Below, one piece after another: positions 1-12,419 of a DNA stretch of 64,000 nt (position 1 is its first letter; every line of letters starts with the position of its first letter). Origin of the DNA: the human T2T-CHM13v2.0 reference genome, Homo sapiens; the NCBI RefSeq assembly GCF_009914755.1, contig NC_060926.1. One strand, written 5' to 3'. The notes under the pieces are model-generated. The model had not been told where the DNA came from and did not search any database. It saw only the letters and a list, made by a program, of their open reading frames with translations. The position numbers were made by a program, and so were the translations under genes.

Positions 1-27
1 GTATTACAGGTGTGAGCTACCATGCCA
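1..27 (-). mobile_element. Alu 5' end (cut by window edge)
   Basis: attacaggtgtgagctaccatgcc = reverse complement of the Alu start. Confidence 0.75.
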
Positions 28-1199
28 TTTACCTTTTTTATGCTTAAAATAAATGTATAAAATATTAAAAATCATTTTCCTCCCAAGAACCAAACGTGTA
101 TTACTAAATATGTTTAGTTGACCATGCAGGCTATTTGAGAGACAGTGGGAGATGCTGAAATATTCAAGCACCACTGTTTTGGTGGGTATCGGAAGATTTT
201 CAATCAATAGTTTACTTATTTGGTTATGTATTAGGTTGTATTGGGTGGGGCCAATCATTATGTGACTATTTTTTTCTTCAGAGTGGTGATTGAAAAGCAG
301 CCCCCAACCGTTTTCTCCGAGAGGTGCATGCTGAGCCTGCCTGCAGCTTACCCCCAACCCCCAGCCCCTAGCCCGGCTCTCCTTGTCTTACATGAGTCAG
401 TTTCCTTCTGCTGCTATTCTGGACAAAAACCTCTATCAGGACAGAGACCTTGTCTTGTTCACCCTATTCCTGGCATCAAGGCTGTGTCTGACATGTAATG
501 GGGATGGCTGTTTGTTTGGTGGTGGTTGAGATGACCAAGATGTTCTTGACCTGTGTAGGGTGGTAGTGGAGAAACAGGCACAGGCCCTTGTGGTGTAGTT
601 GCGAAAAAGGAGCTCACACTAATGGGAACCAGATTGTATCATTGGCTGAGTATACAGCAGATGCGTTCCCCTTTGTTATTTTATCACTTGCTTACCTGGA
701 AGCTCTGGTCTGACTTTAGGAACATGCCACACACTTGGATAAACATGGACTCCTTTACTAGAGATTTATAGAATCTTTTTCCTAGAGCCATTTGAGAAGC
801 ACTTGTCCAAGACGTGCTATTTTATAGGCTATTTTGATGTAAGGGAAAAGACGTATCCTGGATCTTCCAGAAAGCATGGAATTATGGCTGCGTATTAGGA
901 AGAGGCCTGGCTTTCCTGTGGGAATTGAACAGAAGACAGGCATCTCTCATGTTCTGGTTGTTGCAGTTTTGCTTCTTCTGTTCATTGAATTAGCGTTTCA
1001 GAGCTCTCCATGTGTGAGTTTCCATTTGGAAATGGTATAGTCATCATCGTAATGTAGCAGTCATTCGTTAATTTTTATGAGCCACTTGTGACGTTTCAGG
1101 AAGCTGACAGCCGACATGGATTAGCTCATTTATACCTAGGGAAACAGAGGCACCAGAGGCCACAAAAGCTATTCAGGGTCACACAGCCTATGTGTGAGG

Positions 1200-1366
1200 T
1201 TTACATAATAAACCTCAAAAAACGCAGGCTCTAAGGAACAAAAAGGAAGATTTGAGCTGGGTGGAGGCTCCTTATCTCTCCTACAACCTGAGCCAACAAC
1301 ACCCCATCACTTCACCCCAAAGTGCGCAGGGAAGAAATGGAAGGGGCAGCCGTGGCCTCATCTTTT
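1200..1366. repeat. Left arm of 167-bp inverted duplication
   Basis: Base-by-base reverse complement of 2693-2859 with 4 mismatches (1262, 1273, 1338, 1339), no gaps. Confidence 0.97.
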
Positions 1367-1409
1367 GTGCTGTTTTTCTCCAGCACAAAAACCTGTGTGC
1401 TGTTTTTCT

Positions 1410-3000
1410 GCAGACCTTGGTTTTCTCATCTTGAAAGTTGTGAATCTGTGTCACATTTTCCTGGTGTATCGCGTGCACTTTTGATCTGCGGATTCAGATC
1501 TTTCTGCGTCTCAGGAACATTCCTTTGTCTTTTATCTTCGAATAGTCTTTGAGTTCTTTTGTTGTGGATGTGTTGTCAGAGATACCATTTATCCTTTTGT
1601 TTAGGTCCGTTTGTCAATGAACTTCTCTCTTAAATACTTTACCTCTGTCTTTTTAATCTCATTGACTGTGTCTGTTTCAAGCCATTCCTCTGTGTCAGAA
1701 ACTCAGCTTTCAGCCTTGTCTCTTCTGCTCCTTACTTTTTCTAATTTTATTCATCAGTTCCCCAAATGCCGTTTTGATCCTCAGATCTGGACGTTTCCAT
1801 TTTATCTCATATTGTTTCAAATTCTCATACTGGAGGTTCTCGTCTCCTGGAATGGCTGTTCTTTCTTAAGTCACACTGGAGTGGGAAGCGGTTGTAAGGG
1901 ACTTCCTTCTGCTTTTTGAGCTTTGTTTTCTTCTCCATTGTTGCTTTGTTTCTCTTCTGTTCCCTTCCCTCCTTCCTCTCCCCAAGCCTCTCCCGCCTTC
2001 CCATTTTCCCTGCTGGGGAGCCTTTGCATAATGTCCCCAGCCCTGCTCTTCAGCCTTCTTGGCTTGGACCTCTCTTCCCAGACATTGTCTTTCCCTGAGA
2101 CCGATGCTGACCACTGGGAAGACTTCTCCCTCATTCTGAGTCAAATCTAGGCTGTTGGGAGCCCGTGACCGCCCTGCTTCCTGTGGTGGGAGAAGGTGAG
2201 GGAGAGGAGATGCTCTCATCTTGAGTGTCCTGGACGAGATGGGCCAGACCATTCTACCCACACTCCCATTTGCCAGACCTCAGCCACCTCCCCCAGCCAG
2301 CCCCAGGGGTGTTGGGGGCATCTTTCGAGTCTCACTGCCCACGCTGTGGGAGCTGAGACTGGATGCTGTTCTGGAGATCCCAGGATTTACTGAGCATCCA
2401 TGCTCTGCCATCCGTCTAGTTGGAGGGAGCTGCCTCCCGTTGAAAGAGTCTGCCCTTCTTTAGGGACCAGGGCTCTGCTCTTCCTGGGAATTTACCACAT
2501 CCTCTTCCAGGTTCCCTTCACCCATCCTGCGGGGTGGGAGGAATATATCATTGTTCCCCTTGAGGTGCCCCCCTGCGTGGGTCACTTCTCCCGCTCACCA
2601 GGCAACACGGGCATCTTCTTTGCCTCCGGAGAGCCTTTGCCGGCCATTCACTTCCAAGGCTTTCTTATTTCCATTCCTCAGTCAGGAGACGAAAAAGATG
2701 AGGCCACGGCTGCCCCTTCTGTTTCTTCCCTGCGCACTTTGGGGTGAAGTGATGGGGTGTTGTTGGCTCAGGTTGTAGGAGAGATGAGGAGCCTCCGCCC
2801 AGCTCAAATCTTCCTTTTTGTTCCTTAGAGCCTGCGTTTTTTGAGGTTTATTATGTAAAGCCGTGCCCCTTTTCCTGTTGGATGGTGAAGTTCCTTCCTT
2901 CTGGCTTTAATGTTTCCCCCTTGTTTTATTAGGAAAGGAGGAAAGGAAATTCAGTTATAGTGAAGTTCTAATCTGCCATCTTAACCTGGAGTTTGGCTTT
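1410..3000 (-). mobile_element. Probable ancient L1-family (L1M/HAL1-like) relic
   Basis: Strongly T/C-skewed degenerate sequence typical of antisense old L1 5'/ORF1 regions; by-eye only. Confidence 0.4.
2693..2859. repeat. Right arm of 167-bp inverted duplication
   Basis: Reverse complement of 1200-1366, 163/167 identical. Confidence 0.97.
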
Positions 3001-5849
3001 TTTCTTGTTCTGTGTTCCTTTTGTACCTTACTTAGATCTCGGTTAAATGAAACCATGAGAGACCGTGGCCTGCCCAAGGAAATCGTGTTAAGTGCTCACT
3101 TCACTGCGGGTCAGAACCCCGGAGTGTTTCACCCATGGAAATAGTCAGCAGTCGCCACATGCGGGGTCCTCACTCACTGCTGGTACCTTTGTGTAGTAGT
3201 TACTTTGTATTTTACAATGTAAATTAAAAAAAAAAGTTGGGAGAGGAAGTGAAATCTGATTTGGCTAAATTTTGTAAACAAAGATGTTACCAATAAAACC
3301 TTTTTCCCAGTGTATAAATAATATGTGGTCCAAAATTCCTTTTAAATGTCACAATACAAAACTTTTCCAAAACCCCAACATTAGTGACTGACTTCAGTAT
3401 TTTTATCAAAGTTAAATGAGCCAAACTTATTTTTTACAAATTTCTGGCGCATTCATGATTGAAATTTTAAATATTCTCCTAGGGAAAAACGAGGGCTGAT
3501 TGTCCTTTTCAAGGTATCCATCTCATCCCACTTGTTAAAAATAATTAGGGAATAATACAGTTTGCAGATTTTCTCCCGATGTCATCATGGCACTCAGTAA
3601 CAAGGAATATTGTAGATGAATTTTGAAAATGTTTTTCCTGGAAGAGAATCCCAAACGTGTGGCCGAAAGGGACCCAGGACCTGCCAGCCATGCTCCTCCT
3701 GTCTTTCTCCCTTCCAGTCTGAACCCCACAGCGCTGGGCGGTTGACGAGGTGTGGCCAGCTTGCATCTGCTGAAAGAACCGGGGTGGCCCCACTGCATCT
3801 TGATCAGACACTGCCATGAGGTCCCTCCCCTCTCTGATGGCAAAGGGAAACAGTGGGCTCTACACATGGAGCTTTGAAGTCAAGAGTCATTTTCATCCTT
3901 AGCTCAGGCATGAAAAAAAAAAAAAGAATAGTAAAAATTAAAAACCCTTTAAAAAGATAAAAATCAACAGTAAAAAATGAAAGTTACAGACAGGTGTCTG
4001 TCTTTTTAGTTTCCTAAGCACAGTGATGATTATTGGAGCTAAAGACAGAGGCCACCCTTCCCAAGTGTGAGTGGAGTAAGGATAAGATAGTCCCGCCTCT
4101 CTGCCTGTTTGATGTTGGCCCTGTGGATGCTGCAAAACGCAGCAAACACGGAGGCTGCCGGCTTTGTTTCTGTAGGGCTTGTCTTAGCAGAAGTTCACAT
4201 GGAAGAGAGGAGGCGTAAGAAGCAGTCAGAACGTCTGGATTGGAGTCTTGGTCCTGCCGCGTGCTGGCCGTGGAGCTCTTGCTCTGTGTCTGAACTCCTT
4301 TTCCTCCTGAGTGGATTTGGGTGTTGCCAGTGATGTTTGCGTCATAAGATGGGGTGCGGGCTAACAGAGATGATGTGGGAAAACAAGTGCTTTGTAGACG
4401 ATGGCGTTGGAAGGCACACTGTCGTTGCCATAGCTGTCGCTTGGAGGACTGTTAATGATACGTTGATAGCTTTCAGTTCAATTAGCCAAAATGACAGAAA
4501 TGCCAAACATCTGTTGCAATGTTGACTCCCAAAAGGGCCCTTTTTTTGGAATGGGAAAATTCAGTTTTCTCTTTATTTTCTTTTTCTTAAAGCAGAAATG
4601 ACAGCATAGATGATCTCCCTCTCCGACTTGTCTCTGTGTAGACTGCACTTGTGTTCAAGAGGCTCCGCTGTAGCTCAACCTCGCGTGAGTGCAGAAACTT
4701 GAAGGAACCCAGTTGTTTTACTTCCCCCAGCACCCCAAATTTAAAACTGGCTCTCACATTGTGAGACAGCATTCAGAATAGTAATCGTGAAAGGCTATGA
4801 GGACTTAGAAAAAGGTATTTAAAAAACGAAAGAGTGTAGCTGTATCCTTTTCTTCCTGGTGCGCTGTTCATTCACGGTGAACGCACCCACTTCAGCATCT
4901 TGGTGGAAATAACTCAGTTCCACCTTCCATATACTTTTCTCTCTGCAGTGTGGGATTTAGGGAGAAATTAAGACCTCGACTCGCTTATGAATACAAGCTC
5001 AAGGGCAAACTAAGGCACCCAGCGCAGTTTCCACATGTTCTGGGAACCCTGAACACTTGCCTTGGGGTGAACCAGAAACCTAATACATTGCACATTGCAC
5101 TTGAAGTTGAGTTCAGACAAGAAGATGGGACCGCTGTATCCCCAAGTAGCTCGGGCGAGGTGAGAGCACTCCATTCTGCTTCAAACTCAGTGCAGAAAGC
5201 CAAGCCCAGAAGGGATGCGGGTTCCGTTCTCACCTCCCTCTGCTCTAAGCTGAGGATTCCAGGTGATGCTGTTTACCTCCTGTGATATCCTTGTGTCCTG
5301 GGGAAGCACAGATTTCAGTGAGACTGGGACTCTGTTTTCCCCTCTCACTGAGATGCGGTCACAGCTGCCCAGCGACCTGGTTCCACCTTAGGGTCAGGCA
5401 GCTGCGACCGATCTGTCTGGTTCCTCACCCTGGGGGTGCCCGCCGTTGGGAGGTGCTGTGGTTCCAGGGTGGGCGCTGGTCCCTTCCCACGGAGCTCGCC
5501 TAGCACCTGTTCACAGGTGTGCCTGGGCCAGATGCATGTCTGACAGGGACATCAGGTTTGGGGAGACTGAAAACCATTTTTGAAAATGAAGTTATGCTGA
5601 TGTCATTTAATGGTACGTCATCATAATTGGCAGCAGAGAAGGTTGCACATCACTCATGGCAGATCCATTACATGGGCCATGGGCCAAGCTGTGCACCAGG
5701 TGCTGGGAGGATACCGGTGGGCGAACCAGACCTGCAGGAAAATACATGGAAATGGGGACAAAACAGGCATTTCAGAAGCTACATTCAGCTTGAAACTGGA
5801 TGTAAAATTTGATGGTATCCTCTAAAATTCTGGTGGAAAAAAGATCTCC

Positions 5850-6113
5850 CTTTGGGAGGCTGAGGCAGGTAGACCGCTTGAGCCCAGGAGTTCGAGACCA
5901 GCCTGGGCAACACAATGAGGCCCCATCTCATCTATCCAGGTGTGGCGGCACATGTCCGTGGTCCCAGCTACTCAGGGAGGCTGAGGTGGGAGGATCTTTT
6001 GAGCCTAGGCAGTCGAGGCTGCAGTGAGTCATGTCCGTGCCACCGCACTCCAGCCTAGGCAACAGAGTGAGACTGTGTCTCAAAAAACAAAACAAAACAC
6101 AACACAACAACAA
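5850..6113 (+). mobile_element. Alu (AluJ-like, 5'-truncated)
   Basis: tttgggaggctgaggcagg...gagcccaggagttcgagaccagcctgggcaac...gaggctgcagtgag; CAAAA-type tail. Confidence 0.93.
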
Positions 6114-7514
6114 TGAAAAATCTAATGACTGGGATGAGATCTGATGAAATGGTAGGTTGAATTTAAAATGGTGCAAGTGGTGGTGCCTGCAGAGTACCAG
6201 CTTGTTGCCAACGATGCTGTCATCCTAAGGCTCTCCTTCTGTGGTTAAAGTGGTTCAAGTGTAGAAAATGAATTTTAAAGTGTTACCTACCTGCCAGCCC
6301 AGACTTCTCAAGGCCCAGTGGTCCTATTGAGCTGAACCTGCTCCCATCAGTAGTGCCCTGCGGGACCTTTTGAAAATCTCCCCAGTAAAGACATTCTTGC
6401 TTTCATACAACCTGGCTGCTGGAGCACCTGGCTGAATTTTATCTTATTATTCACCTTTGAGTTCGTGGCAAATACTTAGCAGTATTTAATTTTTGCTTTC
6501 TGATTTAAGTGTAATACGAAAAAAAATCATGCAAATCAATTACCAGTATCTGGTGTTTGAAATTGTAAGATGCTGAAAAGAACTGTTAATTATACTCTGT
6601 ATCTGCCGGGGGAATGTAAACTGACTTTAGGATTCGAAGAGACCTTGCTGATGAGAGAAGGAATCACTGCTCCTTTTAGAGGCAATGAAAGTTGGGCCTG
6701 GAGTCCTTTGCTTGAGATCACAAAGCCAGAGACTTCAGGAGAGCAGAAATGAGAAGGCTCAGTGCCCTCCTAGGGAACCTTTCGTAACTTGAATATTGTG
6801 ATTCAGCCACCTGGAAGCTTCACTTGTGAACGTGACTCTGCAAAAACATGTTAGAGGAAGCAAAGGAGAGGATGGACGTGAAATCCGTCCTATGCATGCT
6901 CACCTGACATGCAACAGGGAGGGTCATCTGCCAGGGCGTCACGGTCATTCCACGAGAGCTGGGTGGTGACGCTCCCCAAGTTCCCACTCCTGGAGAGGTA
7001 GGCAGCGAGGGACACTGGCGTTGCAGGGCCCCTGGGACAGGCTCCACTCCTCCCTTCTTGCTCTGGAGGTGACACAGTCTAGGGATCTAGTGAGGAATGG
7101 GACCTGGGGCCAGCGTGCTTGGACAAGACGAAGCCTCATCAAAGTTGAACCTTAGGGTTCATCAAGCAGGGAGGGCTTCCACATACCCTTGTATCTGGGG
7201 CAACCATCAGAGGGCAGGGCTGGAGCTGGGGCCCTGTAGGGCACTCAGCGTCCGGAGGGCACAGAGGAGCACATGTGGGGCTCAGGACACAGGGTCGGGA
7301 CGGTGTGGCGGCGAGGTCCCTCTGGCTGTGATATATGTTAGGGGAAGGAGGGACTGAGGCCGGGAGTGGGCACGGGCAGGCAGGAAACTTGTGCAGAAAC
7401 CTAGCAAAGAAGTGTGGGTGATTTCAATGAATGTGAGGGGTAGGGAAGGGAGAGCAGAGGGAGATTAAAAACACTTGGGGGTGAGATAAATGGGGCAGGG
7501 ATGGTGAGGATCCC

Positions 7515-8099
<585 letters not shown>

Positions 8100-10203
8100 T
8101 AAATGTTATTTTTCTTAAAACAGTCAAATTCAATTCACATCACCAAGATACAGCAGGTTTCCAGCATCTCTTTTTAAAAAGTTTTTTTAAAGGGAAATAA
8201 TACTACTATCACTGTTGCAGACTTTTCTGTCGTAAGCAGGCTTATTCAATGTTAAATACGACTTTTATTAAAGCAGGTTAAAAGAACCTTGGCAGAAATT
8301 TCAAATAAGACTGGGTCGGGTACTGTTCAGGGTGCTTTGTGTCAACTTATTACTCCTCGCCTGCTAGGACATCATCCCCTTTGCATCTGGGGACACTGAG
8401 ATGGGGCGAGGTGGGGCAAGACTACACAGCTGTATGTGGCAGAGCCAGGGTTCAGGCAGAGCTAGGCCAGTATCGGGGTCTGGGGGCGACCGTCTGCAGC
8501 ACCGTCACATACGTGGGGACGTCCACCTGTGTCAGATGTTTCCCAGCTTGTTTCATGATGACAACAGCTCTGCTAGAAAAGCATTTCTTTTTTGCCTACG
8601 AGGACTCTCGATTCAGGGACCCTGAGTCTTTGGGACCCTCGTGCAGCTGGGGCTCACCCTGTCTGGACCCAGCGGCCTGACTGGCCTGGATGTGTCCCCT
8701 GCTAACGGGCCTCAGCCTGACCATTTCCAGTGGGCCCTACCGTCTTGTTTCAGTGACTGGGGGGACAGCAAAATGAGAGTTTATCTGCTTTAACATCAAA
8801 AGGTTTTCTTCATTGTTGTGTTATTGAATGAACTGAACAGCAGATTTATTTGCTTTAGCAAATGCGGCTGCCTGTGATGGTGGCGTAGGTGTTGAGTGTG
8901 AGCACACGAGCATGGCAGGAGCTCGCGGGAACGGGCCAACGCCCCACTGCCCCAGTCAGCCCTCTGTGGCCTCAGAGGGTAGCTGCCCGTCTGGAGGGCC
9001 TCGGACACTTTCAGGCTGGGATGGGGACTCTGATTTTTTGCTTCTCAGGCACTGATGTGGTTCAGACCCAGGATTCTAGGAGGGAAGGTTCCCGTCGCAG
9101 GGGAGGGAATCAGACGTCGCTCTGGGCGGCAGTGGAGCTGGCAGGCAGCCTCTGGGCTCTGGCAGCATTGTCCTCTGGGTCCAGCGATTTGGGGTTTAGA
9201 CAGGGTTTCTGGACGGCATCTGCACAGAGGAGCGGAAGACAAGAGCTGGGAACCGATGCGTGCCTTCCCTCTTTAAAACAAGAGTTTCGAATCCCCATGA
9301 GGGTTCCCTAGCGTGGTCTCAGAGCCCAGGATCTGGAGGGGGACGTCTGTCATTGGAGAAGGCAGAGGAGCCAGGGTGGAATCCTTCCCGCTGCCCAGCA
9401 GGAGCAGGGCTGGCCTAGCGGGCCGGGCTGGGCACTGCAGCAACCTTGTACCATCCCCTCCTGAGAGCATCAGGGGCCGGGACGTCCAAGGTAGCACCAG
9501 GCCCCTCATGCCCGCACCCCCTCCTCATGGTCACCTCTGTTCCTGCAGGGTCCCGGTGGTCTCCCGCTAACCCCGCGTGGTCTCTAACGCCTCCTGTCAG
9601 CCGCTGCTCTGCTGTCTCCACCCGTGCGGAGGTCCCATCCAGTAGTTTCTGTCTAACCCATGTGTAGTAGTGAAGCGTCCCTCCCTAATTGTGGCCTGTG
9701 ACTCTGGAAACACCATTCTCATGATGTTCTATGTCTCCCTTTCAAGAACTGGGTTTCTCTTGAGGAGAATACAGGTTCTCGGCCCTGTAATTTACCAAGA
9801 GGTTGCAGATCAGGCACCTGTTAAGCATGAAAAATTTGTTTCAGTTTTGTGAACCCAACAAGAGAATGACAATTTTAATGTTCTCTGTTTCCCAGTGAGT
9901 GAGAATTCCTGAATTTACATAGAAAGCCCACATGAGAAGTCCACACTAATTGGCCACGAGTGTCTGGCATTGCGAAGGAAGCTGTGCCTTCCAACTGGAA
10001 ACGCACAGGGGTTCTTAAAGACAAACATTTAAATCTGAGTTCGGCTCTGTTAAAATTCAGCATTTGCTGGCAACATCCTAAATACTCAGTTGCCTCCAGG
10101 GCGACAGCCTAGGGTGTATTTTTCCACAAGCGAAGCCCACGTCTGTCTGCCCTCCTCACTCTCTGTTGTTCTCGTGTAACGAGATGTTTTGTGTGTGTGG
10201 CAG

Positions 10204-10289
10204 GTGGCAGGTTCAAGAAAGAGATTGTCGTTGATGGACAGAGCTATCTGCTGCTGATCAGAGATGAAGGGGGCCCCCCGGAGGCGCAG
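10204..10289 (+). CDS. AGAP1: AGAP1 internal coding exon (exon 4; 86 nt), GTPase-like domain incl. G3-like DEGG
   Basis: tggcag|GTGGCAGG...GAGGCGCAG|gtgagt; phase 1 start, translates (G)[28 protein letters not shown], matching the AGAP1 sequence I recognise. Confidence 0.97.
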
Positions 10290-10931
10290 GTGAGTATACA
10301 TGCATGCCCCAAGCCTGCTTTTTTTCCCTTTGTTTTCTAAGGTTTGATTCAAGAAGTGCTTCTAGAAATCGGTGACTTGGTTTCCAAAAAAGTGGAAACC
10401 CCATAAAAAATGTTTCCTCTCACTGCATTTTTTTCTCATCTCTAAGAAGCTAATTCTTTTTTTATTTTTTTCCCAGACTAAATCCTGCAGGGAAGTTGGG
10501 TTTATGTGATGGCTTTTCACTTTCTGTGTTTTTAAAAAGGCAGGAAACGCACACTCTGCCCTGGTTGGGGAGCCCAGTTGAAATGACATCTGGAAATTTC
10601 TGTCGTTTGGTTTGTTTTTTGGCCTTTTCCTTTGAGTGGTTTGATCTCTAGAGCAGTGAGAGTTAGAGAGCTTGCTGGGTGCAATTGGGAGTCCCACCTT
10701 CTCTCTGTCTCTGGTAACTACAGGCATTGGCCCCTCTGTGCCGCCCTGGCCTTGGCCCAAGCAAGGCAGTCTCCACCGAAAGCCGGTATGAAGCATATTA
10801 TGATTTCTTTGGAAGTTCCTGGAAAGATGGTCATTCTGGAAATAACAAAACATGAGTGTGGAAGATCTCTTTTTTTGGTTTATTTAACCTGCTTTGTTTT
10901 ACTTACAGCATAATTTACCAGTTAAGCACTT

Positions 10932-11292
10932 TATTATTATTGTTATTATTATTATTGTTGTTGTTGTTATTATTATTATTGTTATTTTTTATTATTTATT
11001 TATTTTTTTTTTTTGAGACAGTCTCGCTCTGTTACCCAGGCTGGAGTGCAGTGACGTGATCTCGGCTCACTACAAGCTCCACCTCCCAGGTTCAGGCCAT
11101 TCTCCTGCCTCAGCCTCCTGAGTAGCTGGGACTACGGGCGCCTGCTACCACGCCTGGCTAATTTTTTGTATTTTTAGTAGAGATGGAGTTTCACCATGTT
11201 AGCCAGGATGGTCTCGATCTCCTGACCTCGTGATCCACTCACCTCGGCCTCCCAAAGTGCTGGGATTACAGGCGTGAGCCACCGCGCCCGAC
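10932..11292 (-). mobile_element. Alu (AluY/Sc-like) whose tail has become a (TTA/TTG)n microsatellite
   Basis: gccattctcctgcc and aggatggtctcgatctcctgacctcgtgatcc; (TTA/TTG)n at about 10931-10990. Confidence 0.95.
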
Positions 11293-11530
11293 CCATTTAA
11301 ACACTTCAAAGGAGCCGAGAGCTGGTAACGGCTAGTGACCTCAAATGCAAACGGAATGTCAGACATTTTCTTGGCATTATTTCCTGGACTTAACCTTTTT
11401 GTGAACGGGCAGCATAGGATTGTAAGATGGAGAAAGTGAAAGATACTGAATACAGGACTTCTTAGGCCTCAGGTCTAGTACTCCACAGGTTGGAGGGCTG
11501 TGCGGTTATACAGAAGATGCCACAGATTTG

Positions 11531-11699
11531 CCATGTTGCATTGACTCTGACCATTGACAGTGACCATTAAGATGTACCAGTATTCGAAAGAAGGATGCTG
11601 CCAATTAAACTATGAAACAGCCGCAATAATTAGGTGCATTCTGATTTCAAAGCTGTTAAAGTGTGTAACATTTTGTTTCTTAGCATTAACGATACCATG
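11531..11699. mobile_element. MER104-like (TcMar-Tc2) DNA transposon MITE
   Basis: atgctgccaattaaactatga...tgcattctgatttcaaagctgttaaagtgtg resembles remembered MER104 consensus. Confidence 0.55.
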
Positions 11700-12125
11700 A
11701 ACTTGATCATAACAAGGAAAGACCTTGAAGACGTGTTAAAAGTGAAAACTTAGTTACAAAGCAGTTTGAGCCCATGTTCAGTGACCGTCTGGTAGTTTAT
11801 AGTATGGCAGGGCAAAGTTAGAGGTCTGATAGGATCCTATCAGTCAGATGCTGATAAAAGTCAGCTCTTTCTTAGTCCCACTGAATGTATAGGACCGTGT
11901 TTGTTCTGCTACAAAGGAACTCTTGGAGGCAAGGTCCCTCCTGTGGCTGGTGATAGGAGAAAGAAGTAGGTAACATTTAGAATCACCTGAGTTGATTTTC
12001 CGTTTTCCCCAGCACATAAATGTTTTGAGTGACTGGAAACAAGCTTTTTTCTCCACAACTGAAGAGCAAGTCTTACCAGTATATGAAGCACAAAAGCTTA
12101 AATATAGAGAAAAATCTACAGAAGA

Positions 12126-12419
12126 GGCTAGGTGCAGCGGCTCACACCTGTAATCCCAGCACTTTGGGAAGCTGAGGCAGGCAGATCACCTGAGGTCGGG
12201 AGTTCAAGACCAGCCTGGCCAACATGGTGAAACCCCATTTCTACTAAAAATACAAAAATTAGCCAGGCGTGGTGGCACGTGCCTGTAATCCTAGCTGTTT
12301 GGGAGGCTGAGGCAGCAGAATCCCTTAAACCCAGAAGGAGGTGGTTGCAGTGAGCTGAGATCTCACCACTGCACTCCAGCCTGGGCGATGGAGCGAGACT
12401 TTGTCTCAAAAAACAAACC
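12126..12419 (+). mobile_element. Alu (AluS-like)
   Basis: Full dimer with gatcacctgaggtc, mid A-rich linker and A tail. Confidence 0.96.

Noticed and set aside
1200-2859. DNA transposon with 167-bp terminal inverted repeats
   Set aside because: No target-site duplication, no transposase trace, arms too similar for an extinct human DNA transposon; junction hairpins fit templated duplication better
4560-4820. Strong pyrimidine tract and CAG at 4595 as a cryptic sense exon
   Set aside because: Only a weak donor (AAG|gtattt) nearby and no AGAP1-like coding content
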